Source: a candidate division FCPU426 bacterium (GTDB lineage Bacteria; Oederibacteriota; Muellerivitia; Muellerivitales; Muellerivitaceae). From it: 64,000 nucleotides of DNA. The stretch covers positions 198,642-262,641 of the forward strand of contig CAVYSE010000018.1 of NCBI GenBank assembly GCA_963771075.1. Direction: 5' to 3'. The notes under the pieces are model-generated. The model had not been told where the DNA came from, ran no database searches, and was given only the letters and a program-made list of their open reading frames with translations. The stretch's first letter is position 1. Each line of letters starts with the position of its first letter. Shown here in pieces: positions 28,973 to 38,382 of this stretch. Both the position numbers and the translations under genes were made by a program.

Positions 28973-30175
28973 ATGGAAGATATTGCCAGTCCAAAAGACT
29001 TTTCAGAATACGAAAAAGAAGTCTCGGATAAGTTGGATGAATTTGGAAAAGGCCTTTCCGAAGAATTCTTTCAAGTTCTGAATAACTTGCTATTACATAG
29101 CTATCCCAAAAATCAAGAAAATGGGCTAAAAGCTTTCATGAGTATGTTGGGATTTGGCGCTTCCTTTGTTTTCGATTCCAATGCGATCCAGAGGGTTATT
29201 CGATATGAGTTGAAGGGTGGGAAATCTGCCGCCTTGTCCGCTATGCGGACAGGTTATGTAACCGCACTATCGCCGCCGAATATAGATTATGAAATCGCAA
29301 ATCACGCCGCAGAGATTGCCAAATATTGCGGTGTGGAACCAATAGATGTCCTTAATTTTTACCATGGCAAAATTAGACCATTTATCCAATTGATGGAAGT
29401 TTCGGACCAAGTTTTATACGAAAAAATTAAGTCTGGCATCAAGGACAAGGATGACGCTCCGTTTGTTGCCTTGGGTCTGGAAACCGAATCGATAGGCATT
29501 GTTACCGAGGATGGAGTTGTTAAAGATCAAGAAGGGGTAAAGACTTACCTCTTAGAGGACATCGCCAGGGTCCATGTACATTGTCGAAAAAGAGGAATGG
29601 TTATATTCCTAAGTATCTTAAATGTTATTGCGTTTGTTCTTTTTGTGAAAACAATCATGAGCTTTTTTGGGATGATTTTTCGTTTTGTAAGAAACAACCC
29701 TGGACTGATATTAGGAATTCTGGCGGGCGCAGGGTTAATTTATTTGTTGTTTAGAGAAGAAATTAATCAAAAAATAAAAGAGAATTTTGGCGAGAATTGG
29801 GAAAAAATAAAAGACCAAATGGGTCTTATTTGGAAAGATCTAAGCCCTTACTTGGGAGCGATACTTTTGCAAATTTGCCAAAGGATGCAGGAGACCAAGA
29901 AAGAGTTGGGGCAAATAACTGACGGAAAAACAGAACGGCTTGAATCCTTTCGAAACAGGCAATCTAACACTCTCGTTTCTCTGGACAAGTTGATTGAGCA
30001 AGTTTTATTGGCTCTAAAAAAGCCTTTGAGTTTACGAGAAATCCGAGAGGCGTTGAAATCGGTCGGCTTTAAACCGAGAGGCAAAAACACGATTTATTAC
30101 GAAGTCAAAAAGGCCTTGGTAATGAACCCAAGATTCATTCAGGATACAAATGGATGTTACCTAGTAAATACCTAA
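28973..30175 (+). CDS. hypothetical membrane protein (two central TM helices; possible C-terminal wHTH)
   Basis: 400-aa ORF in AT-rich DNA; stop 22 bp upstream of RM gene, co-oriented. Confidence 0.5.
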   Translation: MEDIASPKDFSEYEKEVSDKLDEFGKGLSEEFFQVLNNLLLHSYPKNQENGLKAFMSMLGFGASFVFDSNAIQRVIRYELKGGKSAALSAMRTGYVTALSPPNIDYEIANHAAEIAKYCGVEPIDVLNFYHGKIRPFIQLMEVSDQVLYEKIKSGIKDKDDAPFVALGLETESIGIVTEDGVVKDQEGVKTYLLEDIARVHVHCRKRGMVIFLSILNVIAFVLFVKTIMSFFGMIFRFVRNNPGLILGILAGAGLIYLLFREEINQKIKENFGENWEKIKDQMGLIWKDLSPYLGAILLQICQRMQETKKELGQITDGKTERLESFRNRQSNTLVSLDKLIEQVLLALKKPLSLREIREALKSVGFKPRGKNTIYYEVKKALVMNPRFIQDTNGCYLVNT

Positions 30176-30196
30176 ATTGATCTCGAAAGAATAAAA

Positions 30197-33100
30197 ATGA
30201 TACGTGGAGACCTTTTTTCTAAAGAGTTTTTGGTTGATGGAATTCGTGAGTTTCCGGAGTGGAATCAACTCAAAGCCGAAACTATTGCCGAGTTTAAAAC
30301 GGCTTTAATTGCCATCTTTTCTAAATTTCCAATTTCCAAAAGCCCAAATGAAGCCACCACTGAACGTGACCTAATTGAACCGATTCTAAAACAACTATCT
30401 TGGGTTGATTACCTTCCCCAACAAACCGCCGCTAAAAAAGGCCGTTCTGATGTTCCGGATTTTTTGTTATTTGCAAATAATGAGGATAAGGATAAAGCGA
30501 ACAAAGAAAATGAAGAATCTAGTCGTTATCGGCATGGTTTATCAATTTTAGAAGCAAAAGCTTGGGACATTTCCTTAGACAGAGGGATAGGCAAAGGAAA
30601 ATCCCAAGGTTCTGTCCCTTCCCATCAAATCCTCCGTTATATGAGTCGTGTGGAGATCCTATCTGAAAAGAAAATTAAATGGGGATTTTTAACAAACGGA
30701 AGGTTTTGGCGAATCTATTATCAAGATGCCAAGTCTCGGTCGGAAGAATTCCTTGAAATGGATTTGAAAGTAATTTTAGGCTTGGAAGGCGCAGGGCCTG
30801 AGTTATTTAATCAGGAGGACTTGTATAACCAAGATTGGCTTAAAGTTTTTTATATTCTTTTTGGGAAAGAATACTTTTTAAAACGGGATGTTGATAGAAA
30901 GTCATTCCATGATCGTGTTGTTGAGACTGCAAAGTATTGGGAAGAACAAGTATCCAAAGGTTTGAGCGATGTTGTTTTTAATATAGTTTTTCCTCTTTTG
31001 GCAGAAGGATTCTATTTGGGTTCAAAAAAAAGAAATTCTTCACCAAAACCAAATCTACAAGAAGTTCGTGATGGAACCCTAACAATTCTTTATCGCCTAT
31101 TATTCGTTTTTTATGCGGAAGATAGATCGTTATTACCTGTAAATGATACGCGTTATGTAAATTATGGGTTGAGGCAAAATATTCGCCAAGACATAGCGGA
31201 TAGAAAAGATAGGCAAGATACTTTCAGCGAAACCCAAACAAATTATTACCAAAGACTTAAAAATCTTTTTAGGGCTATAGATAAAGGGGACGCTTCAATT
31301 GGTCTTCCGCCTTATAACGGGGGCTTGTTTGATAATCTTCAAAATTCACTTATCGAAGAGGTTGAACTCTCGGATCATTTAATGGCTGATGTTATTGATA
31401 ATTTATCCAGGCATGAAGAAAACGGACAAAAGAAATGGATTAATTATCGGGACCTATCTGTGCAACATTTGGGGTCAATTTACGAACGGCTTCTCGCTTT
31501 TGAGTTAGTTCTTAACAAAGGAAAAGTTGAGGTGCGGCCTAGTATCTTTTCTAGAAAAACAAGCGGCGGTTACTATACTCCGGAGGTGTTGGTTCGATTA
31601 ATTTTGAGTAAGACGATAGGGCCAATTCTCGAAGAGAAAAAACAAAAATTCTTATTAAAGGCACAAGAGCTAGGAAAAATTAAATCCAACAAACAGAATA
31701 ATATAAAGGAACTTGAAGAACTTGATCCTGCTGAAAATATCTTAAAATTAAGATTTTGTGACCCTGCAATGGGAAGTGGGCATTTCCTAGTTTCTTTAGT
31801 GGACTTCCTTGCAGATTGCATTTTGGAAGCCACTGTTGAAGCTCAAAATGTTGTTGAGGAAGAATTGGAAGGCTTGAATTATGTTTCGCCCCTTCTCAAG
31901 GAAATTTCTGACATTCAAATCAAAATATCTGAAAAAGGGAAACGACAACACTGGACCATTTTTACAAGCCAATTAGATGACCGGCATATTATTCGGCGTA
32001 TGATCCTTAAACGTTGTGTTTATGGTATTGACAAAAACCCCATGGCCGTTGAACTGGCCAAAGTTTCTTTATGGTTACATACCTTTACAGTTGGTGCCCC
32101 ATTATCTTTCTTAGATCACCATTTGAAATGTGGGGATTCCTTGTTTGGAGAGTTTACTTTTGAATTAGAAGATTATTTAAGGTCGCGGGGTAGTTTAGTA
32201 ATTGATGAAGCGGTGAAAATTGCAAAAGAAGCTGCCCAAGAAATAAAGAACATCGAAGAAATATCAGATATTGACTTGATTGAGATTAAAAACTCCGAAG
32301 AGAAATTTAATGCGATTCGAAAAAGAGTTGATCCGATAAATAAATTTTATAGTTTTGTACATGCTGGACGTTGGATGGTTCGAGAAAACAGTGAAAACAA
32401 AATCCATTTTAACTCGATTTTGGACGGCCAATATGGTGATCCCATTGATGTGGCTATTTCAAAGGATTTGCCTAAAACTATAAAAGAACCCGAAGCTATT
32501 CAATTTTGGAATTCGGCTAGAAAATTAGCTAATGAAGAAAGATTTTTTAATTGGGAAATAGCTTATCCGAGGGTTTGGGATAAATGGGAAGATAAATTAC
32601 CAGTTGGTGGGTTTGATGCCGTAATTGGAAATCCCCCTTGGGATAGGATGAAATTTCAGCAAGTTGAGTGGTTTGAAACTCGAAATCTGGAAATTGCAAA
32701 GGCTACAAGAGCCTCGGAACGGGAAAAGTTGATTGAAAAACTTAAGAAGAACAAAGATCCACTTTGGAATGATTTTGTTCTTGCTGATACCCGAACAAAG
32801 GTTGCGGTAGATGTCGCTCGAAATGAAGGTCAGTATCCCCTTCTCTCGGGAGGTGATGTAAACATTTACAGTCTTTTTGTTGAGCGTTCCCATAGGCTGG
32901 TTAAGAATGATGGGATTGTCGGTTTGGTAATCCCATCGGGGATTGCTGGTGATAAAGGCTCATCCGAATTTTTTAAAAGTTTATCAACCTCAGGAAGACT
33001 GTCGGCATTATTTGATTTCGAAAATAAAAAAGTATTTTTTCCTGATATTCATGCTTCTTTTAAATTTCTTTGTTATGTGGCTGGTGGAAAAGATAGAAAA

Positions 33101-34264
33101 TTCGAAAATACATCGTGCGCTTATTTTCTTCATGATATTGACGAAATCAATGACCCTGAAAGATGTTTCAATTTAACTGCTGAAGACTTTTCCAGAGTCA
33201 ATCCCAATACTGGAACTGCGCCGATATTTAAATCAAAACGAGCAGCGATGTTAACCAAAGATATTTATAAGCGGAATGGCATCTTAAACGACCATAAAAC
33301 TGGAAGCGCATGGCCAATAAAATATTTCAACATGTTCCATATGACGAACGATTCAAACCTTTTTAAAACCCGAGAAGAACTCGAAAAAGATAATTTTTAC
33401 CTCGTGGACGAAGGGAAAATGAAAAAAGGGAAATCGGAATATTTGCCGCTTTACGAAGGCAAAATGGTTCAAGCTTATGATCACAGAGCAGCGGGAATTA
33501 AAGTTAACTCGGAAAATGTAAATCGACCAGCACAACCAGTTTCCACCTCTTTTGCAAATCATTCTGACCCTGAGTATTTCCCAACTCCACAATTTTGGGT
33601 TGAAGATAAAGAAGTTGATTCGAGATTAGCTGTTAATGAAAAAGATAAGCCTGGTTGGTATCTTTCTTTTAAAGACGTAACAGCTTCAACGAATATTAGG
33701 TCAATGATTTCTTCTTTTATACCGCGAAGGGCCGTGGGAAACACTTTACCCTTAATTTTATTTTCCGAAAATCGAAACGAATTGGGGCCTTTGCTTTTGG
33801 CGAATTTTAATTCTCTCCCGTTCGATTTTTTGTGTCGTCAAAAAATCCAGGGACAACATCTAAATTGGTACATAGTAGAACAAGTTCCGGTTATTTCTCC
33901 AACAAGGTTCGATGAGGTCATTGGAAAAAATAAAATCGGGGATCTAATTAGAAAATGCGTTTTAGAGTTAACTTACACTTCAAATGATATGAAAAAATTT
34001 GCTGAAGATATGGGTTTGATGCAGGGTCCATTTTCCTGGGATGAAGAAAAAAGGCGGCATTTGAAAGCAAGGATTGATGCGTTATTCTTTATGCTGTATG
34101 GCTTAGAAGATGATGACGTTAAATTTGTAATGGAAGACTTTTCAATAATTAAAAAAGAAGATACTGAACAGTTTAGCGGTAAATTCGTTACTAGAGATTT
34201 GGTTTTAGGATATATGAGAGCTTATAAGGCCGGTGACGTTGATACGAAGTTGAGTCTTAAGTAA
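30197..34264 (+). CDS. Type IIG/IIL restriction-modification fusion enzyme (MmeI/Eco57I-like): N-terminal PD-(D/E)xK endonuclease + gamma-class N6-adenine methyltransferase + TRD
   Basis: …SDVPDFLLFANN…LSILEAKAWD… (D…EAK nuclease core); MTase motif I …RFCDPAMGSGHFLVSL…; motif IV …DAVIGNPPWDRMKF… (NPPW); 1355 aa. Confidence 0.75.
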   Translation: MIRGDLFSKEFLVDGIREFPEWNQLKAETIAEFKTALIAIFSKFPISKSPNEATTERDLIEPILKQLSWVDYLPQQTAAKKGRSDVPDFLLFANNEDKDKANKENEESSRYRHGLSILEAKAWDISLDRGIGKGKSQGSVPSHQILRYMSRVEILSEKKIKWGFLTNGRFWRIYYQDAKSRSEEFLEMDLKVILGLEGAGPELFNQEDLYNQDWLKVFYILFGKEYFLKRDVDRKSFHDRVVETAKYWEEQVSKGLSDVVFNIVFPLLAEGFYLGSKKRNSSPKPNLQEVRDGTLTILYRLLFVFYAEDRSLLPVNDTRYVNYGLRQNIRQDIADRKDRQDTFSETQTNYYQRLKNLFRAIDKGDASIGLPPYNGGLFDNLQNSLIEEVELSDHLMADVIDNLSRHEENGQKKWINYRDLSVQHLGSIYERLLAFELVLNKGKVEVRPSIFSRKTSGGYYTPEVLVRLILSKTIGPILEEKKQKFLLKAQELGKIKSNKQNNIKELEELDPAENILKLRFCDPAMGSGHFLVSLVDFLADCILEATVEAQNVVEEELEGLNYVSPLLKEISDIQIKISEKGKRQHWTIFTSQLDDRHIIRRMILKRCVYGIDKNPMAVELAKVSLWLHTFTVGAPLSFLDHHLKCGDSLFGEFTFELEDYLRSRGSLVIDEAVKIAKEAAQEIKNIEEISDIDLIEIKNSEEKFNAIRKRVDPINKFYSFVHAGRWMVRENSENKIHFNSILDGQYGDPIDVAISKDLPKTIKEPEAIQFWNSARKLANEERFFNWEIAYPRVWDKWEDKLPVGGFDAVIGNPPWDRMKFQQVEWFETRNLEIAKATRASEREKLIEKLKKNKDPLWNDFVLADTRTKVAVDVARNEGQYPLLSGGDVNIYSLFVERSHRLVKNDGIVGLVIPSGIAGDKGSSEFFKSLSTSGRLSALFDFENKKVFFPDIHASFKFLCYVAGGKDRKFENTSCAYFLHDIDEINDPERCFNLTAEDFSRVNPNTGTAPIFKSKRAAMLTKDIYKRNGILNDHKTGSAWPIKYFNMFHMTNDSNLFKTREELEKDNFYLVDEGKMKKGKSEYLPLYEGKMVQAYDHRAAGIKVNSENVNRPAQPVSTSFANHSDPEYFPTPQFWVEDKEVDSRLAVNEKDKPGWYLSFKDVTASTNIRSMISSFIPRRAVGNTLPLILFSENRNELGPLLLANFNSLPFDFLCRQKIQGQHLNWYIVEQVPVISPTRFDEVIGKNKIGDLIRKCVLELTYTSNDMKKFAEDMGLMQGPFSWDEEKRRHLKARIDALFFMLYGLEDDDVKFVMEDFSIIKKEDTEQFSGKFVTRDLVLGYMRAYKAGDVDTKLSLK

Positions 34265-34384
34265 TAAATTCAAAATTATCAAATCAGCCCAGAGTGACCG
34301 ACATTTTCTTAAAAAACATCTTTTGCCTGCACATGGCCCTCCCAAAAAGGATGGTGTGCAACCACTGACAAACACTTACCGGGC

Positions 34385-34413
34385 GACTATTACGATAAAA
34401 TGGTCGAAATCCT
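34385..34413 (+). repeat. 29-bp direct repeat, copy 1 (GACTATTACGATAAAATGGTCGAAATCCT)
   Basis: 28/29 identical to copy at 35586-35614; the pair flanks the zraP-like gene. Confidence 0.85.
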
Positions 34414-34847
34414 GATTTCTGGCCTTCGGCCTGTTCAATTTCGACACGTAGCAACGTCTGCTTGAGGGCAGACGGCTACGAGACAGATTGTGGACCAGCA
34501 ATTGGAGGCAGAAGTCCATTAATCGCAAAATGGCTCCGCCAGCTATTCGACTTCTGCACAATTCACCTTTGCTTGAGAGCAAAGGGAATAGAAGGCGGGG
34601 ATCAGGCTGGCTTATGTTTTGAATGAGATTTTTAAGTAAGGATTTAACCACGAAGGAGCGGAGGCGCGGAGACACAGAGTAAAGAAGGAGAGAACCACCC
34701 CCCCTTAAACAGCCGCCTTGATTTTCATGACTGGTGACTGTTATTTGCTCCTTTATCACGTCATATACAGCGACACTTTCTCAATCTACCCCCGTCATAA
34801 CCTCGTAAGTTTTTAATCTTATAAGCAAAAATCTTGGAGGTTTTTTC

Positions 34848-35480
34848 ATGACGAAGTTACTCAAAAACATAGGTCTGGGCGTTCTCGCCTCAGGTCTTTT
34901 TTTTGGTTCGGTTCTGGCTGTTTATGCGGATGATGCCGCAACGAAGGATGATAACGGCACAGCCCAAAAGGGCGACCATGGATGGAACAAAAAGGGTTGT
35001 GGGGATATGTGGAAGAAAAAGTTCGGTTTAACCGACGACCAATCCCAAAAACTCAAGGATCTTTTCAAGAAACAACGCGAAGATACCCAGGCCCTGGCCG
35101 ATCAAGTCAAGGTAGACACAGACACACTGAGATTGAAGGTGGATACCAAGGCTTCTGATGATGATATCAAAGCTCTCTTAGACACCCTCTCGGCTGATAA
35201 AAAGCAATTGAAGGCCAAGCGTGAAACCTTTAGCGACCAGTTCAAATCCATCCTGACACCCACCCAGCAAGCCAAATTCCTACTCGAAAAAAGGGGACAT
35301 TGGGGCCATGGAAAGTTTGGTTGTCCCGGCGAATTGAAAGGCCAGGGCGGTCCTGATGGCAAAAAGGGAACTGGCGTGAAACATAAAGGACACGGGAAGA
35401 AGAAAGGCGCTTCTACCGCTACCTCCACACCCACCGATAACGACGCATCCGCCACCCCGGCTTCTGGTGACACCAACTAA
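34848..35480 (+). CDS. Spy/CpxP/ZraP-family periplasmic protein with His/Gly-rich tail
   Basis: GGAGG RBS; signal peptide; LTDDQSQKLKDLFKKQRED… and LTPTQQAKFLLEK… (LTxxQ motifs); C-terminal …HKGHGKKKG…; terminator at 35505-35541. Confidence 0.55.
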   Translation: MTKLLKNIGLGVLASGLFFGSVLAVYADDAATKDDNGTAQKGDHGWNKKGCGDMWKKKFGLTDDQSQKLKDLFKKQREDTQALADQVKVDTDTLRLKVDTKASDDDIKALLDTLSADKKQLKAKRETFSDQFKSILTPTQQAKFLLEKRGHWGHGKFGCPGELKGQGGPDGKKGTGVKHKGHGKKKGASTATSTPTDNDASATPASGDTN

Positions 35481-35504
35481 TCCATCTTTTTAATAAGCAG
35501 GTCA

Positions 35505-35541
35505 AAGCCTTCCAGCTCCCCCGCTGGAAGGCTTTTTTTTG
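35505..35541 (+). terminator. rho-independent terminator
   Basis: AAGCCTTCCAGC-TCCCCCG-CTGGAAGGCTT followed by TTTTTTTTG. Confidence 0.7.
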
Positions 35542-35585
35542 CCAATTTTTCTTCCAATGCCCTACAAAAGACCCTTATGCAAGGG

Positions 35586-35614
35586 GACTATTACGATAAA
35601 ATGGTCAAAATCCT
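35586..35614 (+). repeat. 29-bp direct repeat, copy 2 (GACTATTACGATAAAATGGTCAAAATCCT)
   Basis: See copy 1. Confidence 0.85.
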
Positions 35615-36087
35615 TCTCAACAAGCTTTTCAAGTAAATGAGAAAAGGGGGCCAGGCCAACAGATAACACTTTAGGATGTTCACCTTTAATTACGTCCTTT
35701 TTCGGGTATCGCGTACATCACCCCGCCATCAACATCAGCTGACAGTCCGCCCATGAACCAGAACTCTACGAGTACGGTTCAGGGCGCGGCAGCCCTTCGA
35801 GAGCCTCAGGGCAGGTCGACAGGGAAGGCCCCAAAAGACAGACGGCCCCAATTGTCCGAAGCAATTGGGATCACCAAAACTTGCCTCTCACCTTGTGGGT
35901 TCGAGGCAGGAGACAGTCCGTAGCCCTTCGATGGTTCGATGCACTACGTTTACTCACCACTCAGGGCGGGTTGGTTTTTGGCTATTGGAGATTGGGAAAA
36001 AAACAAGAATAGAGAAGGTGCTCCGGGCAAGTGAAGTTAGGGGTTAGAAGTTTTAGACAATGCTAACAACCAAAAGCCAACATGGTT

Positions 36088-36492
36088 TCAAACGCGCCAA
36101 ATTTCCAAAAACTCCGATGGGGATACGATGCGGGTTTTGCCGGCCGATCCATGGGGAAAATCCTTTTTATTTCCAGTGACCAGGTAATCCGTTTTCGAGC
36201 CCAGGGCCACTTCCGCGAAAGCCTCATCCGTTGGGTCCGGAAGCCGTTTTTTGAGGGGAAGGGACGAGCCTAAGAGTCCCTTGGTCTCAAGAACGGCCAA
36301 TAGGCGCGCTGTTTCGGCGGGATCAAACGCGAATTTCGGCCGGGCTAAGACCAGGTGATATTCCAGGAGAATCCGGACGTCATAACAAACCTGGAAACGC
36401 CCGGCGACCGCCATTTGAATGACCGTTCCGGAAGGGCCGCTGGGTTTGATCAGCCCTGAAACCAAAATATTAGTGTCGAGTACGGCCTTCAA
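36088..36492 (-). CDS. PIN-domain toxin (VapC-like, TIGR00305-type)
   Basis: MKAVLDTNILVSGL… N-terminal PIN motif; …DYLVTGNKKDF… C-terminal acidic residue; TTG start in ORF track. Confidence 0.7.
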   Translation of the reverse strand: MKAVLDTNILVSGLIKPSGPSGTVIQMAVAGRFQVCYDVRILLEYHLVLARPKFAFDPAETARLLAVLETKGLLGSSLPLKKRLPDPTDEAFAEVALGSKTDYLVTGNKKDFPHGSAGKTRIVSPSEFLEIWRV

Positions 36493-36614
36493 CCGCGAAG
36501 GCTCCGGCGCACCTTGCGGATTTCATCCTGGATCTCATGATCGGTCATCAAAGTCAAACGCGGGTGTTTTGAACGTCCACTCGCCAAAGAAGCGTGGCGA
36601 TTTTTAGATGACAA
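36489..36614 (-). CDS. putative small antitoxin upstream of PIN (overlapping stop/start)
   Basis: Hand translation of minus strand: MLSSKNRHASLASGRSKHPRLTLMTDHEIQDEIRKVRRSLRG*, stop overlaps PIN start. Confidence 0.3.
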   Translation of the reverse strand: MSSKNRHASLASGRSKHPRLTLMTDHEIQDEIRKVRRSLRG

Positions 36615-36760
36615 CATCGCGTTTAACAAGCCAATTTGATAAACGGCTCGGCTTTTAATCTAATAGACTTAATTGAGGTAAAAAATAAGGACATTAAGGC
36701 TTATATAAATATAAATAAGTGAATAAAAACCTTATATTTAGGCTATAATAAAAGACATTT

Positions 36761-37930
36761 ATGAGGACATTTAAAGAGACACATCCGTGGATAAAATTCG
36801 ATTTCGACCTAAAAAAGGCCGATTCTGGGCTTTGGCTTGCCCTGGGAGAGGCCGATTCCAAGTGTGAGCATATCGCCGGGGTACCTTTAAGGCCGCAAAC
36901 CGCCAAAGAATTACTAACTTTGTATCTGGCCCGTGGCATCAGGGCCACGACTGCTATTGAGGGGAACACCCTTTCCGAAGCAGAGGTTCTTAGCCGTATC
37001 GAGGGTAAAAAGGTATTGCCCCCTTCCAAGGAATACCTGGGCATTGAGATAGACAACATCCTTCGCGTTTATAACCGGATGGTCGAAGGCATTATCCAAA
37101 AGAAAATTGGCTTACCCGATGCGGAAACCATCTGCAGTTTCAACCGCGAAGTACTGAAAGATCTTCAACTTCAAAAAGATGTCGTGCCTGGCACGATCCG
37201 CAAACACGGGGTAGGCGTCGGGCTTTATCGGGGCGCGCCGCAGGAGGATTGCGAATACCTTCTTGAGCGTCTTTGCGAATGGATAAGGTCAAAAGATTTT
37301 CCCGCGTCTCGATACCCGGGTGTGGTCGGCGGGGTTATCACCGCGGTGGTCGCTCACATTTATTTTGAATGGATTCATCCCTTTGGCGACGGTAACGGCC
37401 GGACGGGCCGTTTAATTGAACTTAAAATTCTTTTGGAGTCAGGTATTCCGCAACCAGCGGCCCATCTTTTAAGTAATCATTACAACGCGACCAGGACTGA
37501 ATATTACCGGCAGTTGGAAAATGCCAGCGTCAATGGCGGCGATATCCTTCCGTTTCTTCAATATGCGGTTCAGGGTTTTGTGGACGGTCTTCGAGAACAA
37601 TTAAAAACTATACGAAAACAACAATTTGATGTTACTTGGAACAATTACATTTTTCGAAAATTCAAAGACAAAGAAGGTAAAAACGACAAAAGGAAACTTC
37701 TGTTAATGTTGGCGCTCTCCAATGTTGAAGGAGAAATCTCAACCCGGGAAATAACCCGCTTAAATGCTGAGTTGGCTTTGGCATATCGAGATAAGACAAG
37801 TAAAACATTAACCAGGGATTTAAACGACCTCAAGGAAATGGATTTGATTGAATCAAAGCGCGGGAGCGTAAAAGCCAAGAGAGAAACAATTTTGGCTTTC
37901 CTGCCCCTTCGAAAAGAATGGTTCTTATGA
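36761..37930 (+). CDS. Fic/Doc family protein (AMPylase-type) with C-terminal wHTH-like region
   Basis: Canonical Fic motif …HPFGDGNGRTGRL…. Confidence 0.85.
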   Translation: MRTFKETHPWIKFDFDLKKADSGLWLALGEADSKCEHIAGVPLRPQTAKELLTLYLARGIRATTAIEGNTLSEAEVLSRIEGKKVLPPSKEYLGIEIDNILRVYNRMVEGIIQKKIGLPDAETICSFNREVLKDLQLQKDVVPGTIRKHGVGVGLYRGAPQEDCEYLLERLCEWIRSKDFPASRYPGVVGGVITAVVAHIYFEWIHPFGDGNGRTGRLIELKILLESGIPQPAAHLLSNHYNATRTEYYRQLENASVNGGDILPFLQYAVQGFVDGLREQLKTIRKQQFDVTWNNYIFRKFKDKEGKNDKRKLLLMLALSNVEGEISTREITRLNAELALAYRDKTSKTLTRDLNDLKEMDLIESKRGSVKAKRETILAFLPLRKEWFL

Positions 37931-38382
37931 AAATCCCCTATGTGATCGACAACCAAAATAACCGCATGGCCGACATATTAAGCGCGCTCCTGACGGAACA
38001 CCGAGACCGGTCCTTGGATGTGGCGACCGCTTAATTTACGGTTGGCGGTTTTGGTTTGTTGAAAGAAGGTTTGTCCCATTTTGGAAGTTTTCGTCCTGAC
38101 TTCTTTTGTTTTAGGGTTAGTCATTAATTATTTATATTTTCTTTGCGCTTTGCTTATCCCACGGATTGTTTTATAGGATCAAGTGACAGTCCCGATGATC
38201 CCCCCGATAAGTCCCGACAGTCCCTCATCAAACAAAAACTGTTGTCTTTTTGTCCGATTGAAAGGTTCAACCAACCCGCCGGCCTAAAAAAATAAACCCC
38301 TGTTCATTTTTTGTTTTTCTTCTCTTTTCCCCGGGTGTTTACTAAGCCCATCTACCACGCAATTCTATTTTTGGAGGTCCCC

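Noticed and set aside
34376-34759. 127-aa minus-strand ORF in the leader of the ZraP-like gene
   Set aside because: It overlaps the direct repeat and both conserved hairpins. It has no RBS, and its composition is Arg/Ser/Leu-rich, typical of random frames.
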